A stretch of 64,000 bases of DNA. Origin: Sphaerodactylus townsendi (Eukaryota). The stretch is from assembly GCF_021028975.2 (NCBI RefSeq), contig NC_059428.1:27528001-27592000 (forward strand), read 5' to 3'. Shown piece by piece: positions 1 to 13,801 of this stretch; the stretch's first letter is position 1; each line of letters opens with the position of its first letter. Below the pieces are notes generated by a model. That model did not search any database. It saw only the letters and a program-made list of their open reading frames with translations, and was not told the DNA's origin. A program made the position numbers and the translations under genes.

Positions 1-1600
1 ATAATTATGTCAAAACATGGAATGAAATTAAAAAGGATCAGTCAAGGTGTAATAAATGGCAGTTGTCACTCTTGGATAGAATTCCAGCCATTAAAACGAA
101 TGTTTTACCAAGAATGTTATTTTTTTTATTTCAAACAGTTCTGACACTATAAAAGGTACTTTGTTTCAATGATGGCAAAAGGACACATCAAGGTTTCAAT
201 GGCAGGGGAAGAGGTCTCAGGTCAAACTCAAGATACTACAAGTCACAAAAGAAAGAGGGTGGGGCGGGAGGGGGGAGAGAAGTAAGCCTTCCTGATCTGA
301 GACTATATTTTACATCTTGTTCAGTTTGGTTGAAGAAATGGATTGCCTTAAGAAATAAAAGAGTGCTGGATCTAGAAGGACATGAAATTGGGATGGCTTG
401 CATATTTATGGTATGATAAGGTTAAAGTAAGTTAGGATTTTAATAACCATTATATTAGCCACACCATGCTGAGAAGATGGACTAAATTTAAACCTAGATT
501 ATGTCCAAGAATACCTAGGCGGCTGTCGCCACAAGAAGCACTATTTAGACGTGAAATGACTTTTGAAAACAAATGGCGATTTTCCTTGACACCTCACGAA
601 GGGAAAGTAAAATGAAATCAAGAGAACAATTGCTGTCAGAAGACTTTTCTTGTGACTGGTTTCTTTATTTACAATTATCTGAGAAATTTAAGTTAGATAA
701 AAGGCTGCATGGTTTTGAAAATACCAAGACTGAATTTGAAATGGAATTATGTACAAATGATGAACACATTGTTTCTAAAATGTATAAACCATTGTTGAGC
801 TATAAAATGGAAGGAGAACAAGTAAAGGAGAGTCTGATCAAATGGGCCATTAATTTTGGGTATAATATACAAATAGAACAATGGGATCTAAAGTTTACAT
901 TGAACTTGAATTTAAAAGAGAATTTTTATAAAATGATGTATCAATGTAAAGGACACCAAGTAAATTAGCAAAGATATACAAAAACATATATAACAAGTGT
1001 TGAAAATATGAACACCAAGAAGTTTATGGTGAACTTGTGAAAAAGCTAAGGAGTATTGGAGGGAAATAAATTCAATAATTCAAAAGACCTTAAAATGAAT
1101 ATACAATTGAAACCCAAAGTTTTCTTGTTGGGACTTATGGACAGAGCTGTGGGAGAAAACATTGAACTTTGTTTTTATACATGTCATCAGCTGTAAGAAT
1201 GCTGCATGCACAAAAATGGAAATCTCCAGATATACATGCAATAGAAGAATGGTGGTTGAAGGTTTTTTGGACAATTGGAAACTGCTCATGGATTATTTGG
1301 GTGAAACAGAAAAAAGTAAATTGATGATTATTGGTTTTGAAGATTAGTGGATTGTTATTGTAGGACTTTACAGAGAAAAGTATTTTAATTATCAGTAGGG
1401 TTATTAAGTTGGAACTTTAAGTATGTGGTTAAAGAGGAAGTGATATTAATTTTTACTGTTCACACTTGATGTTGATTAAATTGGGAGTCCTTATGTTAAG
1501 TGTACTTTCTTATATTTTCTGATCTTTTTCTTTGCTTTTTTTAAACATCTCAATAATAAAATTGGACATCAAAAAAATTGGACATCAAAAAAGAAAAAAG
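1..1600 (+). mobile_element. Degraded L1-clade LINE, 3' part of ORF2 plus 3' UTR and A-rich tail
   Basis: Frameshifted peptides such as LSLLDRIPAIKTNVLPRML, LPDLRLYF and ENFYKMMYQ resemble squamate L1 ORF2; AATAAA at 1555 followed by an A-rich tail. Confidence 0.85.
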
Positions 1601-3169
1601 TAAAATCCAAAACTAAAACATCATATTAAAAACAATTAACAGCATGCACAATTTTACAGTATCTGCCTGGGCCACTGTAAACAATAAACTGGCAAGGAAA
1701 CTGGAGCAAATGGCATCTATTTTTGCCTGAGGATATAGCTGAATGATTGTAACATACAAAAATTAACATTTTCTCAAAGTAATGACATCTGGCACTCAGG
1801 AGTAGGTCAGCACATTTGCATAAGGCTTGCCTGTGGCAAGAATATAATAAAGTGATTTGCGTGGCATACGCCTCCTCACCCCCCCATCTCTAGCCTTAAC
1901 TCTTGCCTAAAATGAAACAATTTCCTCAGAGCTGCAGCTGCTCTATCAGAACAAGAAGTGGAGCTTCATAGAAAGTATTCAGATTTTTAGGAAGTGTCCA
2001 TCTGCTGCTGTTGAGTCTCATCGGTGATATTTCTAGTGCTGCTGAATTTCACTCCAAGCTGACCCCGCTGCCTCCGCCCCCACCCCCCACCCCGAGACAC
2101 TGGTCAAAAGATTCTGAACCACTGCCCAATTTCCTTGCATGACAGATGCTGTTTCCCAGACTCGACCAAATTTGAGTCAGTCTGCAATACTACCTTTGGT
2201 TTATCAGAAACCCAACAGTTCCTGATGGTTTGCTTTTTTTATTACTAAGGATTACAAAAATTCAGGGAAGACACATTTCGTAAATAGCTATTAGCTATGG
2301 CAGCCATGGAACGTTCTAGTACTATGGCAGCTCAACTCCAAATACCAAATGCTGGGGAAAACCTTGCTCTGCAGCTCTGATTATAGATATCACGGAGGTA
2401 CTGGCTGGCCACTGTTGAAAACAGGATGCATAACAAGATGGGATCTTGGTCTTAAAAAGGAGGACTGTCCTTAACATGTTTCTTTAACAAATTTCCTCAA
2501 GAAAATAAAGAATCTGTTGGATTCAAATGCAGTATTGTGGATATAGGGGTTTTGCTAGCATTTGAAACAGCACTACAAGACCTGTATACAGAAATGAACA
2601 ACACAAGTCTACAACACATAGGGTACCTCAAGAACATGCAGCCAAGCAATCCAAAGCACCACAAAAAGGTCACCAGGCCTCAGCCCCCAACCCCCCAAGA
2701 GCTTTGGGTGGGGGCACAGGAAGGGGAAGAGATAACTGATGTCCTTATGTTACTTCAAGGTAATTTCCACAGTTTATGGTGAAACCTTAGCATTTTGTGT
2801 ACATTCTACAGCATTGTGATGTTGCTTCCACCACCTATTCCCCCTCTCTCACTGCTTTATGAAGTAAGAATGGGGGATACAAGAGCACTGGCAGAAAGAC
2901 TCCTGCCACTAGCGGGTTACATGGTAACCCTATCTGCAAATCAATGCAGTTGTAGATTCATCCTGGTCTTGCCCCATACGTTACAATGACTGTGCAAATG
3001 CTTGTCCTCAACAAAGACACGACAGAGCCTTTAATAGCCCTTAAATGTAAGAAAAAATGCCAGTGATCCTCAGTTCCTTCTTAACCACTCCTTAATGAAC
3101 CAGAGAAGAAGGAACAAATTAGAAAGGCAGGCTGATGAAGTAGCGTGATACCCCAGTGGCAGAGCTGGG

Positions 3170-3345
3170 TTAGGGTAGAGTTGCCAACTCTGAGTTGGGA
3201 AATACCTGGAGATTTGGGTAGTGGAGCCTGGGGAGGGAAGGGTTTGGGGAAGAGAGAGACCTCAGCATGGTACAGTGCCATAGTCCACCCTCTAAAGCAG
3301 CCATTTTCTTCAGGAAAACAGGCCTGTGTGGAACCCGATCTAATC
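3170..3345 (+). mobile_element. Fragment of the TAGGGTTGCC-terminal non-autonomous DNA transposon family (hAT-like)
   Basis: Shares ggagatttggg...ggagcctgggg...aaagcagccattttct with the copies at 3946-4230, 32690-32872 and 38258-38447. Confidence 0.65.
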
Positions 3346-3796
3346 TGTTAACAGCATCTGTGAAGTCATTCCTTTTTTGAATTTCTACCTTGATCTTAGT
3401 CCCCACCCCCAAAACCAATAAGAAAGGGGTCCGTCATACCGCTCTTTAAAGACTACAGGCAGGCCAAATTATTGAAGCCATTTCTTGGCAAGGCACAATG
3501 ATAATTTATGTTGTATTGTTTGTTGTTGGTTTTATCGTACCCTTCGGGGGTAGGGCGGTCTATTAAATTTAATTCATCATCACCATGATGTTCAAATTTA
3601 ATTAATAATAATTAAAATAAACATCTTCAAATTGACAAAATTAACATCTGTACAATTCAGAAGGCAGCCCTGGCTGGGATCCACACGAATACTACGCAGA
3701 TATGTTACAACTTCCTAGGCCTCTGGGTGAGGCTAGAATTGTAATGAAGGCCAACAACCAGCTAAAGATCTGGCAGCTGTGAAATCTACCATAAGA

Positions 3797-3862
<66 letters not shown>
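3797..3862. repeat. (ATG)22 microsatellite
   Basis: Perfect trinucleotide run; source of the poly-Ile in ORF 3733..3957. Confidence 0.97.
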
Positions 3863-3864
<2 letters not shown>

Positions 3865-3945
3865 CCTGATGCTCCTTGCTAGGAGTGTGATTGGCAGACT
3901 GGCATCCTTTCCTGGGATCATGTAGTCACCAGCCATAGTCAAGCT

Positions 3946-4230
3946 TAGGGTTGCCAACCTCCAGGTGGGGGGCTGGAGTTCTCCCAGAGTTAAAACTGAT
4001 GTCCAGACTACAGCAATCAGATCCCATGAAGGAAATGGCTGCTTTAGAGGGTGGACTCTGTGGCATTACACTCCACTGAGCTTCCTCCTTTCCCCTAACT
4101 TCCCCAAGCTCTGCTGAGCATAGCCAACTCCAGGATGGGAAATTCCTGTATACTGGGGAGTGGAGCCTGGGAAGGATGGGGTTTGGGAGGACTTCAGATG
4201 GACATAATGCCCTAGTATCCATTGTCCAAA
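3946..4230. mobile_element. Two opposed fragments of the TAGGGTTGCC MITE family
   Basis: tagggttgccaacctccagg terminus at 3946; body is the reverse complement of the 3170 copy, followed by a second, forward fragment. Confidence 0.6.
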
Positions 4231-4508
4231 GCATGGTGATTGGCTGAAAGCGAGTCGTGCGCGGTGATTGGCTGGAAGTAGTCGTCACCACTGTGGCTAG
4301 TCTTTTATATTGCAGGATAATGAAAAAGGTAAATTATCTTCAATACAAAAGTGTTCACAATAAACACTGGACAACATCCTGCAACACTTGTAAGTTCATA
4401 GGACAATATAAATGAATTTTCACATCTGTACTGTTCTTGCTGTAGAACAGAAACACTTGTCATGTTCTGACACCCTTCTTGCTCAATCAGAAGCCAGGGA
4501 TCACTTAC

Positions 4509-4593
4509 ATATGCACAGTTTCCAACATCTTTTGCAATGATCTTCAAGGGAATGCTTTTGGGGTAGTCTTTTGACTTCTCTTCATTGATTCGG
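4509..4593 (-). CDS. ARHGAP20: ARHGAP20-family exon, PH-RA linker and RA start, RINEEKSKDYPKSIPLKIIAKDVGNCAY
   Basis: tttattttgacag|CCGAATC...GCATAT|gtaagt; 85 bp, phase 2 to 0; DYPKSIPLKI-AKD-GNCAY motif. Confidence 0.95.
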
Positions 4594-5100
4594 CTGTCAA
4601 AATAAACAGAAATGGAACTAGTTTTAAAATGCCTCCAGTCATTGCAATTATATAGCCAACAGAATATAATAAAAAGTGCAAGTACAAAGATATTTTACTA
4701 TCGGCTGGCAGGAGAATGTTCCATGTGGGTTTCTTCCATGGCAGAAGTATTTACAGTGGTCTCTTTAGAAGACCCCTTAAAATTCTTGCTAGGAAGCACC
4801 CACTGCACACAAAAGACTCTGAATAGCTGAGCTTTATTGTGCAAGCTGAAATCTTACTCAATAAAGTTTGGATCTGACTTTTATTATTCAAGCCCCATGC
4901 CAGTCTTTCTAATTCACAATTATAAATCTTAAACTGATCTGACTGTCTGAAACTTCAAATTAACCACACTTTGATATGATACAGAATAGGAAATCCTTCA
5001 GAAAAATCCATACTAAAGAACTGGCTAGATACAGATTAAGCAGATGAGGCTTGATATTGCCTGTATTTCTATCATGGGTAATATAGCAGAACAGAATTAC

Positions 5101-5142
5101 CTTTGAAGGGAAGTGAGCCACTTCTCTTTCTGCTCAGTGGAG
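5101..5142 (-). CDS. ARHGAP20: ARHGAP20-family small exon, PH C-terminal helix, STEQKEKWLTSLQ(S)
   Basis: tttttaatatttcag|CTCCACT...CAAAG|gtaatt; 42 bp, phase 2-2; contains the conserved PH-helix Trp. Confidence 0.93.
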
Positions 5143-5683
5143 CTGAAATATTAAAAACAAGGTTCACATAGTAGTAATGCAGCATGCCAATATTATCCAT
5201 ATATCCGCTTGCAAGTAAAAACTAGCTTTGGGTAATATTTTAGAATACGTATGGCTGGGAAGAGGTAAATGCATGCCATATCAGGATAGAATACATGGTG
5301 TGCAGAAAAATTAATGTTTTCACCAACCTATTCCCCAGATAACCATCCCAAAAGGAAAAAAAGGAGAGGTAACTGCTGAATGCAATTTCTAAAAAAATCA
5401 TTCATTCGTTATCAAAAATGTAGCCATGTTAGTCTGCAGTGCCAAAGGAAAACGGGTTATCAAGTGGCACCATTAAGCCTAACTAAGATGAACCACACTC
5501 ATGCTGGAATAACCTTGAGTGAGTCTAAGAAATGTCACTTGATGGCTTTGGGGCATATGAGTTGCTTGATCGAGTTGCTTGAAAGAAACCTATTCAGCCA
5601 CTGGTTCTGTGCTGATGAGAATATTCATGAATATTCCAGTTGTTTAGAAGTTTAAAAATCTGCCACTCAACAAGGCCTAAGGA

Positions 5684-5809
5684 CAGTGGTGTAGCACCAA
5701 GGGGACACACGTGCACCAGGGCGGTGGTATGGTGGGGGCGTTCCGGGGCGGGGCAGGGGCGCAGGGCGCACGCGTGCCCCAGACGCAGTTCCCCTTCACT
5801 CTGGCCCTG
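5684..5809 (+). mobile_element. GC-rich hAT-type MITE (CAGTGGTGTAGC terminus)
   Basis: Similar to the TSD-flanked copies at 25271 and 30641; TSD not preserved here. Confidence 0.6.
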
Positions 5810-7152
5810 CCCTGACAATAAGATTTTATTGTCTTTTGATATGTTGGAAGCCATCCTGAGTCCATAAGGGGAAGGACAGCATATAAGCAGAATAAAATAA
5901 TCAGTAAATGTGTAAATAGATGGACGGACGGATGGACGGACGGACGGACAGACATACATATGCATTTCTGACATGTAATGTGTACTATGCATGGGGTGGG
6001 GGATATTATGAATGGGTTGCGAATGAAGGCTACTGCATACAAACACCCCTCTCCAAAACAAAATTTCTGTAAATTTTGGTGGCTCTCAACTGGTTAAAAC
6101 TATGTTGTATTAAGTATAACAAAACTTGCACGTAACCCACGAGCACAATAAACAAAACAGACCGAAGAGTGCACACCTCAAGGCCACACTGCATTGCCCA
6201 AATCAATGAACATTTCAGCACTGATATAATTTGTTTGTTTGTATATTATTTCTTACTCTTCACCAAAGTCCTGGGCAGGGTACAGTCAAGAACTTGGTTG
6301 ACCCCTAAAATTGAAAACCAACTAAGAAAGCTGGGGTAGGCTGCGCCTGGCTGTTGAACTTCATCAATGGCCATGACTTTTGCAACAACCCTCCCGCCCA
6401 AAATCAAACGCTGCGTCTCTTTCCTTTGTGTATCTTTATCTTTCAGACAGAGCTTCAAAGACTCCCTAAGATTCAAAGAGGATATTTAGGGAAGTGTCAG
6501 TGGCTCCCACAGCGTGCGCCTTGTAAATATTTGGACGTTCTTTTTTAATCTCTTTGCTAACCAGATTCTTGTGTAATTAAATACTCCAGAACAACTCTTG
6601 TAAAATACTTCTCAAGACCTCTTTTACCTCCCACAGTGAATAGCTCTGACCACATGACATCAAAAATGCCATCTCATTTATAAGGCAGATTGCTTCAGAA
6701 TTGACAAAAAAAGGGGGGGGGGCAAGCAGTTTTTCTTCATTAGCACAGGAGTTCAGATAAAAGCAGGAGTAAGTTATCATCATACTACCTGCTTACCATA
6801 ATGCTATCATGCTGAGGTCAAAGGCATTCCTAAATAGATTGCGGCTTGCATCCTAGCACTTAAAACCTTTTTTAATCACAAGTATTTGGCAAAAAAATTA
6901 ATGAAACATGAGAATCAGCCAGTACATCGTAGTTGGATCCAAGTGTTGGATCCCACCTACATTTCTAAGTGAAAGGGGCAATTCTTGCTGATCCCCCTCT
7001 TCTGTGGGAACCCAACCCTCCCCTCCCCCCCGAAATGCTGCTCCTGAGAGATGAGGAATCTACCGGAACAACTTAGAAAGGGGGAGCAGATCTCCTCTGA
7101 GGGAGAGGGATTGATCAGCATCTTTCCCCTTCCTAAATACCTGCTGAAATGT

Positions 7153-7453
7153 AAGAAGAAGAAGAAAAGAGTTTGGATTTATATCCCCCCCTTTCTCTCC
7201 TGTAGGAGACTCAAAGGAGCTTACAATCTCCTTGCCCTTCCGCCTCACAACAAACACCCTGTGAGGTGGGTGGGGCTGAGAGAGCTCCGAAAAGCTGTGA
7301 CTAGCCCAAGGTCACCCAGCTGGAGTGTGTGGGAGTGCCCAGGCTAATCTGAATTCCCCAGATAAGCCTCCACAGCTCAAGCAGCAGAGCGGGAAATCAA
7401 ACCCGGTTCCTCCAGATTAGATACACAAACTCTTAACCTCCTACACCACTGCT
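7153..7453 (-). mobile_element. Squam3-like tRNA/CORE SINE, full length
   Basis: On the minus strand: A box TGGTGTAGGAGG, B box GGTTTGATTTCC, MIR-like core GCTGGGTGACCTTGGGC, (CTT)n tail. Confidence 0.9.
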
Positions 7454-8546
7454 AAGGTGGGGGTTGGTGGGTGGGGGTTATGAAGAAATATCCAAGCAAA
7501 TAATTTCACCATTCTGCCAAACAACCTTGGCAAAACGACTGCCTTTTGTGATGTGTGTTACCCTCCTCTCTCAATGCAAAGGTAAAAATGTGACAAACGG
7601 GAAATCTTTTTTCACTGGACTACAATGAGACCATGGGGTAATGTATCTTGACTTGCCCTCTAGAAGCCTTCAACACGATGAACAAGGAGACTGGTGCAAG
7701 CATTCACTCTGTGAAAACTTGTGGTTTCAGTTTTGAAAGAATTTAAAGCAAGAAAAACTTGTTTAAAATTGTTTTGCAAAGAAAAAATATTTTTATTTTT
7801 ATTTTTTGCTGCAGACTGCACCAGTGCAGTGATGTCAATATTTTATTCGTTCAAAATATTTGTAAAGAATTGTCATGACAACAGAAGTCACAGTTCTCAC
7901 AATGATCTTAGGGCACACTTAGGAAACTCCTAAGGAGAGTTACATCCTTCAAGGTCCACTGAAGTCAGCAGATTTAGATATGGCATTGTAAGACTCACGC
8001 TGGTTTGACAGGAAATCATCTCCCCAAGAAATTATAGTTTTTATTGTGGCAGATGGGCACCTCCTGCACAGAATAATCATGGCACAGTCACCAAATTACA
8101 AACTGTTAGGAAAAAATTGTGGGAAGCCATGACATCTATACTGGTAGGAAAAAGATGCATGCGTGCAGTATATGTCAGCCCAAAGATCCCTGAGAAAGAA
8201 GCAACAGCATGAATATTTCTGTTCTAATTAATGTACATTGTTGGAATCGGGGATTGCGGATAGAATTTAGAATTGTGTGTACATTTGAGGAAATACAGTG
8301 AAAACCACCATGATGAAATCAAGCCAGTGGGGTACCTATGCTGTAAAGGGTTAGGAACAGAATTTGATCAGCTTCTGGGTTCCAAGCACTGATTTAATTT
8401 ATGCTACTTACAATACAAACTTGCCTCCCACTTTGAAGACAACAGGGAAACTCTCTTTGGTTTTAAGGAATAGAGAGTGAACTGTCGGACTTTGTCTCAG
8501 TGGGAGATGCATCAAAGGGGCAACCAATACGAAGAACATCTTGTAC

Positions 8547-8696
8547 CTGAAGTTAGCAACACAGTTGGTCGTGGGCCATCCTAAAACGAAGGACGTCTCG
8601 GGGTTAGTGCTGCCCTCACAGACCTCTTCCATGCAAGATGCTATCCATATTTCACAGAGACGAGCTTGGCTCTTCAGCTTGAAGTGCAATTGGGAC
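8547..8696 (-). CDS. ARHGAP20: ARHGAP20-family exon, PH domain, SQLHFKLKSQARLCEIWIASCMEEVCEGSTNPETSFVLGWPTTNCVANF(S)
   Basis: ctctgttgcag|GTCCC...TTCAG|gtacaa; 150 bp, phase 2-2; overlaps ORF 8408..8689; SFVLGWPT motif typical of ARHGAP20. Confidence 0.95.
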
Positions 8697-9307
8697 CTGC
8701 AACAGAGAAGTCAGTTAGAGCATACCACTGTTTAGGACTGCAATTTAACAACAGCAGCAGATGGAAGAGTAATTACAGCAGTGGAAATGAAGATCACCTT
8801 TAATCCCTATCAAAGAGGTACCCTGTCGATACAAACACTTCCCCGAAACCATCTCCCTCCTGATTGTGAAGCTTTATGAGGAAATGCTTCTTGTCTTCTC
8901 CCTGTCATGAGGGGAAATGGGGGAGGAGGGATGGGAGTCTCATTTGACCCCAGTCTCACCTCAGTTGGATTCCTGAAAGCCAAGTAAGGACTGAACACTC
9001 CCTGGCGGGGGGAAGGGGGGGGCACGGACAATGCAATGCCTCTTTCTTCAGAACTAGGATACAAATGAAGATCACATCCAGCTATCTGGCCATCTAAAGG
9101 AATAGTTCTTAATTGTCACCTGCATTCATGATGCTCAATTCTTCCAAAGCCTTTAGCATATATTCCCTTCCCAGTTGTGACTAGATGCTAGGCCACATAG
9201 AGGGAATGGCACAAAACCTAAAACCCACATTGCTCTGGGTGCAGCTCACGGGGAAATTTCTCCTACAAAAGTCCAACAGAAATGGATGAAAACTGGACAC
9301 TGAACAA

Positions 9308-10812
9308 CTCGATCCCTTCCAGTCCGGCTTCCGTGCTGGGCATGGGACGGAGACCGTCCTTGTCGCTATCACAGATACGCTCCGCATGCAGCTGAATCAA
9401 GGCGGATCGGCGCTGCTAATATTGATCAATCTTGCTGCAGTATTTGATGTGGTTGACCATGACCTTTTGACCTACCACCTGGCTGCTTCCGGAGTGCAGG
9501 GCACTGTCCTTCAGTGGATTGCCTCGTTTCTCCAGGATAGGGGTCAGCAGGTGTGGTGTGGGGACCAGGCCTCCCAACGGCACCCGCTTCAGTGTGGGGT
9601 GCCACAGGGGGCCTTGGTATCCCCGCTCTTATTTAATATCTACAATATCTTGCCCAGTTGGTTGGAGCTTTGGGCTGGGTTGTCACCAATATGCTGATGA
9701 CACCCAGCTCATTCTGTTGATGGGGGGGCGGGGGCGGCCTCTGCCCCTGTGGCTCTACAGCATTGTTTGGAGTCAATTGATGGTTGGTTGAGGCAGAGCA
9801 GGTTAAAACTCAATCCATCGAAGACAGAGGTCCTTTGGCTGGGCCGTGGTGAGAGGCCTAGGGATTTTCAGCCGCCGGTTTTGGAAGGGGTCACATTGGC
9901 CCTGACCTCCCTGGCCTGCAGCCTGGGGGTCCGCCTGGATTCCTCCCTTTCTATGGAGGGCCAGGTGGCCCATGTTACCCAGGTAGCTTTTTTTCATCTT
10001 CGCCAGGCCCGGCGGCTGGCCCCCAACTTTTCCCAGGCTGACCTGGCCACTGTGATCCATGTGACGGTCACCTCAAGGTTGGACTACTGTAACTCGTTCT
10101 ACGCGGGCCTTCCCTTGAGACTGATCCGGAAGTTGAAGCTGGTCTAGAATGCAGCGGCTCGGCTTCTTACGGGGGGTAGTTATCAAGAACATATTACCCC
10201 CATGCTGCGCCGTCTGCACTGGCTTCCAGTGGAATTCCGGATCGTCTTCAAGGTGCTGGTATTAACCTTCAAGGCCCTTTGCGACTCGGGGCCCTCATAC
10301 CTGTGGGACTGTCTTACCCCATATGTCCCGAATAGGCCGCTGCGTTCTGCAACAGCGGAGTTGCTGGAAGTCCCCGGCCCTTCGATGATGCGGCTAGCCT
10401 CTACCCGGGCCAGGGCCTTTACAGCCCTGGCCCCTGCCTGGTGGAACGCTCTTCCCCCAGCTGTCCGGGCCCTGCGGGACCTTGGTGAGCTCCGCAGGGC
10501 CTGTAAGACCAAGCTGTTCTACCGGGCTTTTGGTGAGGCTGGCCGTGGATTGGCTGCTCCCTTGTGAGGCCCTGCCATGGTTTTGTCATCTCTGGCAGCG
10601 CCCCCACTGGTTTCATCTTGGGTGCTGCCAGCCCCTCCCAGCCTTAAGGCCGGCTTTAAGACCAGGTGCCACGATATGATGCTGCATATTGAACTTCAAA
10701 TGTTCTTAGATGTTTTAATGAATGTATTGGGTTTTATTGCATTGTGAACCGCCTAGAGCCCTTTGTGGATTAGGCGGTCTGTAAAATCTAATAAACAAAC
10801 AAACAAACAAAC
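9308..10812 (+). mobile_element. 5'-truncated L2 LINE (RT C-terminal region, frameshifted) with (AAAC)n tail
   Basis: LDPFQSGFRAGHGTET, YADD at ~9690, RLKLNPSKTE, SRLDYCNS and LHWLPV motifs across ORFs 9386, 9519, 9749 and 10202. Confidence 0.93.
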
Positions 10813-12467
10813 ATCATATCTTCTCTTGTTATATAGTTCCTATGAGTTTCATCTGGGCTTGCTAAGGCATTTCTGTGCCTTCTGCCCCCATAGTTCTTCC
10901 TTAATTGCCCCAGCTCCTGCTTTTGATTTAGGACTTGCATGTAAAAATGGACGTCCAGAAGTTCCCAGAAAAATGGGGCACAAGAGAAACTTCTTTATCT
11001 TTATTAACCTTTAATAGGCATAAACAAGAGAAACTTCGCCCTACAGCACAACAAAGGTGGTATTGGCCAGCACACACAGTGACCTGCGTCCCCCCTTTCT
11101 GCTGTGTATATGGGGGACTCAGAGAGGGTACACTAGACTTGGAGGCACTGAAGATGCACATCTTAGTCCTCTGTTCTTCTAAACTGAAATATAAAATGGT
11201 ACCCAATCCCTGATACAAGACAAGAAATTTTAAGTAACAAGCAGAAACAAAATGAGCTAGATGTTAGCTGAGGGGTCATGAATTCTTTGTCAACTGGTTA
11301 GTATACATTAGTATCATTCTATTTTTTTCTTTGCCTGACTATTCTCCTCCTCCTTTTCCAAGGTGAGGAATAGCTGATCACCCCTTATGACTAAAAAGGG
11401 AGACACAGTAAGCTTGGGTTAATCTCTTCCTGGAGGCAGCAAAACCGGGAGATTTACCTTTGGTAGACATAGCAAAAGCCCAGGTCTAAATGTGCAGGTT
11501 TTAAAGTCTAACTGGGTGGTGATGGAAGCTGTTGAAGAGGTTCTCCCTTGTACAGCCTTCCAGTTCTTCTGAAAACGTATCTCCTTGCCCCCCCCCCCAC
11601 ACACACACACTTTTTTCAGCTCTGCAAAAAAGCCACTTCTGTTGGGAGTGGTTACTGCAGAGATTCTCACCTGATAAGCAGATTACTACCTGGGAAGCTC
11701 TTGGCTAAAAGGAGGTCAGCTTAAGAAAGGGAATCTTACTAGGCGACTAATTCAGGTTCTGATCCAGGTGCTGAACGTTTTCCTGAAGTAACACTGGCTA
11801 ATGGTATCCAAACAAGGGGAAATATCAGCACATAAACGTCTCACTGTGATTTTTGAACTGAAAAGCTCTCTGGAAAAATTCCTCTGGCGTAACGCTACAG
11901 ATCTAGCACTCTTGGTTTCCTGAGACAATCCATCAATATGTTGAATGGTTGAACAAAACAGAGAATTTTCCCAGATGCAGCTTCTCTTCTCATACTATCG
12001 CAATAATAAGAAATGTTGTATGCTGTGGAATTCTTAATGCTATGGAATTATTAGAGTGAAATCATATTCTGCAGAAAATCTGGCCTGGACATCAGATAGA
12101 CTTACATTAACAAGTGGACCCCATACAAATAACTCATTTTATCTTAAGATATCAAATGTAATAAATGCTGCTCAGTTTTATATCTCCCTCTTAGACCAGC
12201 TCCCTCTAAATCACTATAACCTTCCATTACTCTGGACACTTTAAAGTTCTAACAGTATGCCATCTGCCTGTAAAATAATTTATTCAAAAACAATGTGCAA
12301 TTTCCATTTCTCTTGCTCTCTCAATGAGATCTTCCTTCCTTCCTTACTGTTTTTTTCCCAGCGTCTTTAACAGCTACTGGAAATGCAGAATTTGGTATGT
12401 GAAATTTTTCCAGATATGGCAAAGGCATGGAGATTGGAAAAACTTTGCTCTGTCTGCTAAATTTTAC

Positions 12468-12601
12468 NNNNNNNNNNNNNNNNNNNNNNNNNNNNNNNNN
12501 NNNNNNNNNNNNNNNNNNNNNNNNNNNNNNNNNNNNNNNNNNNNNNNNNNNNNNNNNNNNNNNNNNNNNNNNNNNNNNNNNNNNNNNNNNNNNNNNNNNN
12601 N
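12468..12601. other. Assembly gap (134 N)
   Basis: Run of n. Confidence 1.
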
Positions 12602-12867
12602 GCAAATTTTGCTAAACAATACAGAAAAACATTCTCCTTTTACAAAAACGCATCAAGGACAGGGTACTCTTGGAAATAGTATAGGGTGGGGGGAAAGACA
12701 GGAGCCCGCTCTATGTCACAGTCCTGAGCAAGATTATACCCTACAGCTACATTTTTAAAGCAACAGAAATACTGAGGTACAATGTCGAGTTGTGCCCTAA
12801 GAGTGGGAAGTTCCATGCTCAAATCTCAGCCATGAACACAGAAGCCAGTCTTCAGTAAGTCACAATG

Positions 12868-13025
12868 GGTGGGCTGTGGCTCAATGGCAGAGCATCTGAT
12901 TTGCACCCAGTCCCAGTTCCCAGCATTTTCAGTTAAAAGAATCAACTAGTTGATGATACAGAAAACACCTGATAACTTCCTTGACAGATCAATAGTCGTA
13001 TTCAGTAGAAGGCAACTTCCTGTCT
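12868..13025 (+). mobile_element. tRNA-derived SINE with CR1-like 3' end, decayed, followed by a MIR-like remnant
   Basis: gggctgtggctcaatggcagagcatctg head; same family as 27120-27391 and 44830-45025. Confidence 0.6.
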
Positions 13026-13504
13026 ATATTCTCTACCTCAGTACCTCATTGTATCACGTGGACAATAATCCTTACCTATTTTACAGGGATTATTGAGATA
13101 ATATATGTGAGGAACTGTGAGTACTCCCAAGTATCACATAAATATTTAACATTATCATCATCCTTTGTTTGCCCCTAGCTTTCAATACCCAAAATTATAC
13201 AACTCTTGAGCATGCAAGATTCACCTACATGATAGACCTATTCATGACCAAGGGCTTGTCTGGGTTACTAGTTTTCCACTACTTTCCCTTCCATTGTCTT
13301 TGGACCTACCTGGATTATATGCGTGTGAAAAATGTGGCAGCTGTTTTTCCAAGACAAAAGCAGTTTTGAGGGGTGATGGGCGGGGAGAGGTTCTTTAAAC
13401 AGAAGAAGTTGAATGTGTGTACATACTTAATTGTTTTCCTTGGGAAATCAGCTTCTAAGCGTTATGGGGCATGTATATGCCCTCTGAAACTTCTCTGAAT
13501 AATA

Positions 13505-13801
13505 AAGAAGAAGAGTTTGGATCTATGCCCCACCTTTCTCTCCTGTAAGGAGACTCAAGGTGGCTTACAAACTCCTTTCCCTTCCTCTCCCCACAACAGA
13601 CACCTTGTGAGGTAGGTGGGGCTGAGAGAGTTCCAAAGAACTGTGACTAGCCCAAAGTCACTTAGTAGGAATGTAGGAGTGTGGAAATACATCTGGTTCA
13701 CCACATAAGCCTCTGCCACTCAGGTGGAGGAGTGGGGAATGAAACTCGGTTCTCCAGAGTAGAATCCACCTGCTCTTAACCACTACACAACAGTGGCTCT
13801 C
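13505..13801 (-). mobile_element. Squam3-like SINE
   Basis: Same consensus as 7153-7453; (CTT)n tail and tRNA-derived head. Confidence 0.9.

Noticed and set aside
1600-4500. Search for the next RA-domain exon
   Set aside because: No matching peptide with splice sites found; likely lies before position 1.
8408-8546. ORF extension beyond the 150-bp exon to a second gtaagt
   Set aside because: Family similarity ends at VANF and the donor at 8546 gives the correct phase with the 42-bp exon; the extension is intron read-through.
11458-11568. 111-bp AG/GT-bounded candidate cassette exon on the minus strand
   Set aside because: Open only in phase 0; in the required phase it contains TAG. Poor polypyrimidine tract and no similarity to the family.
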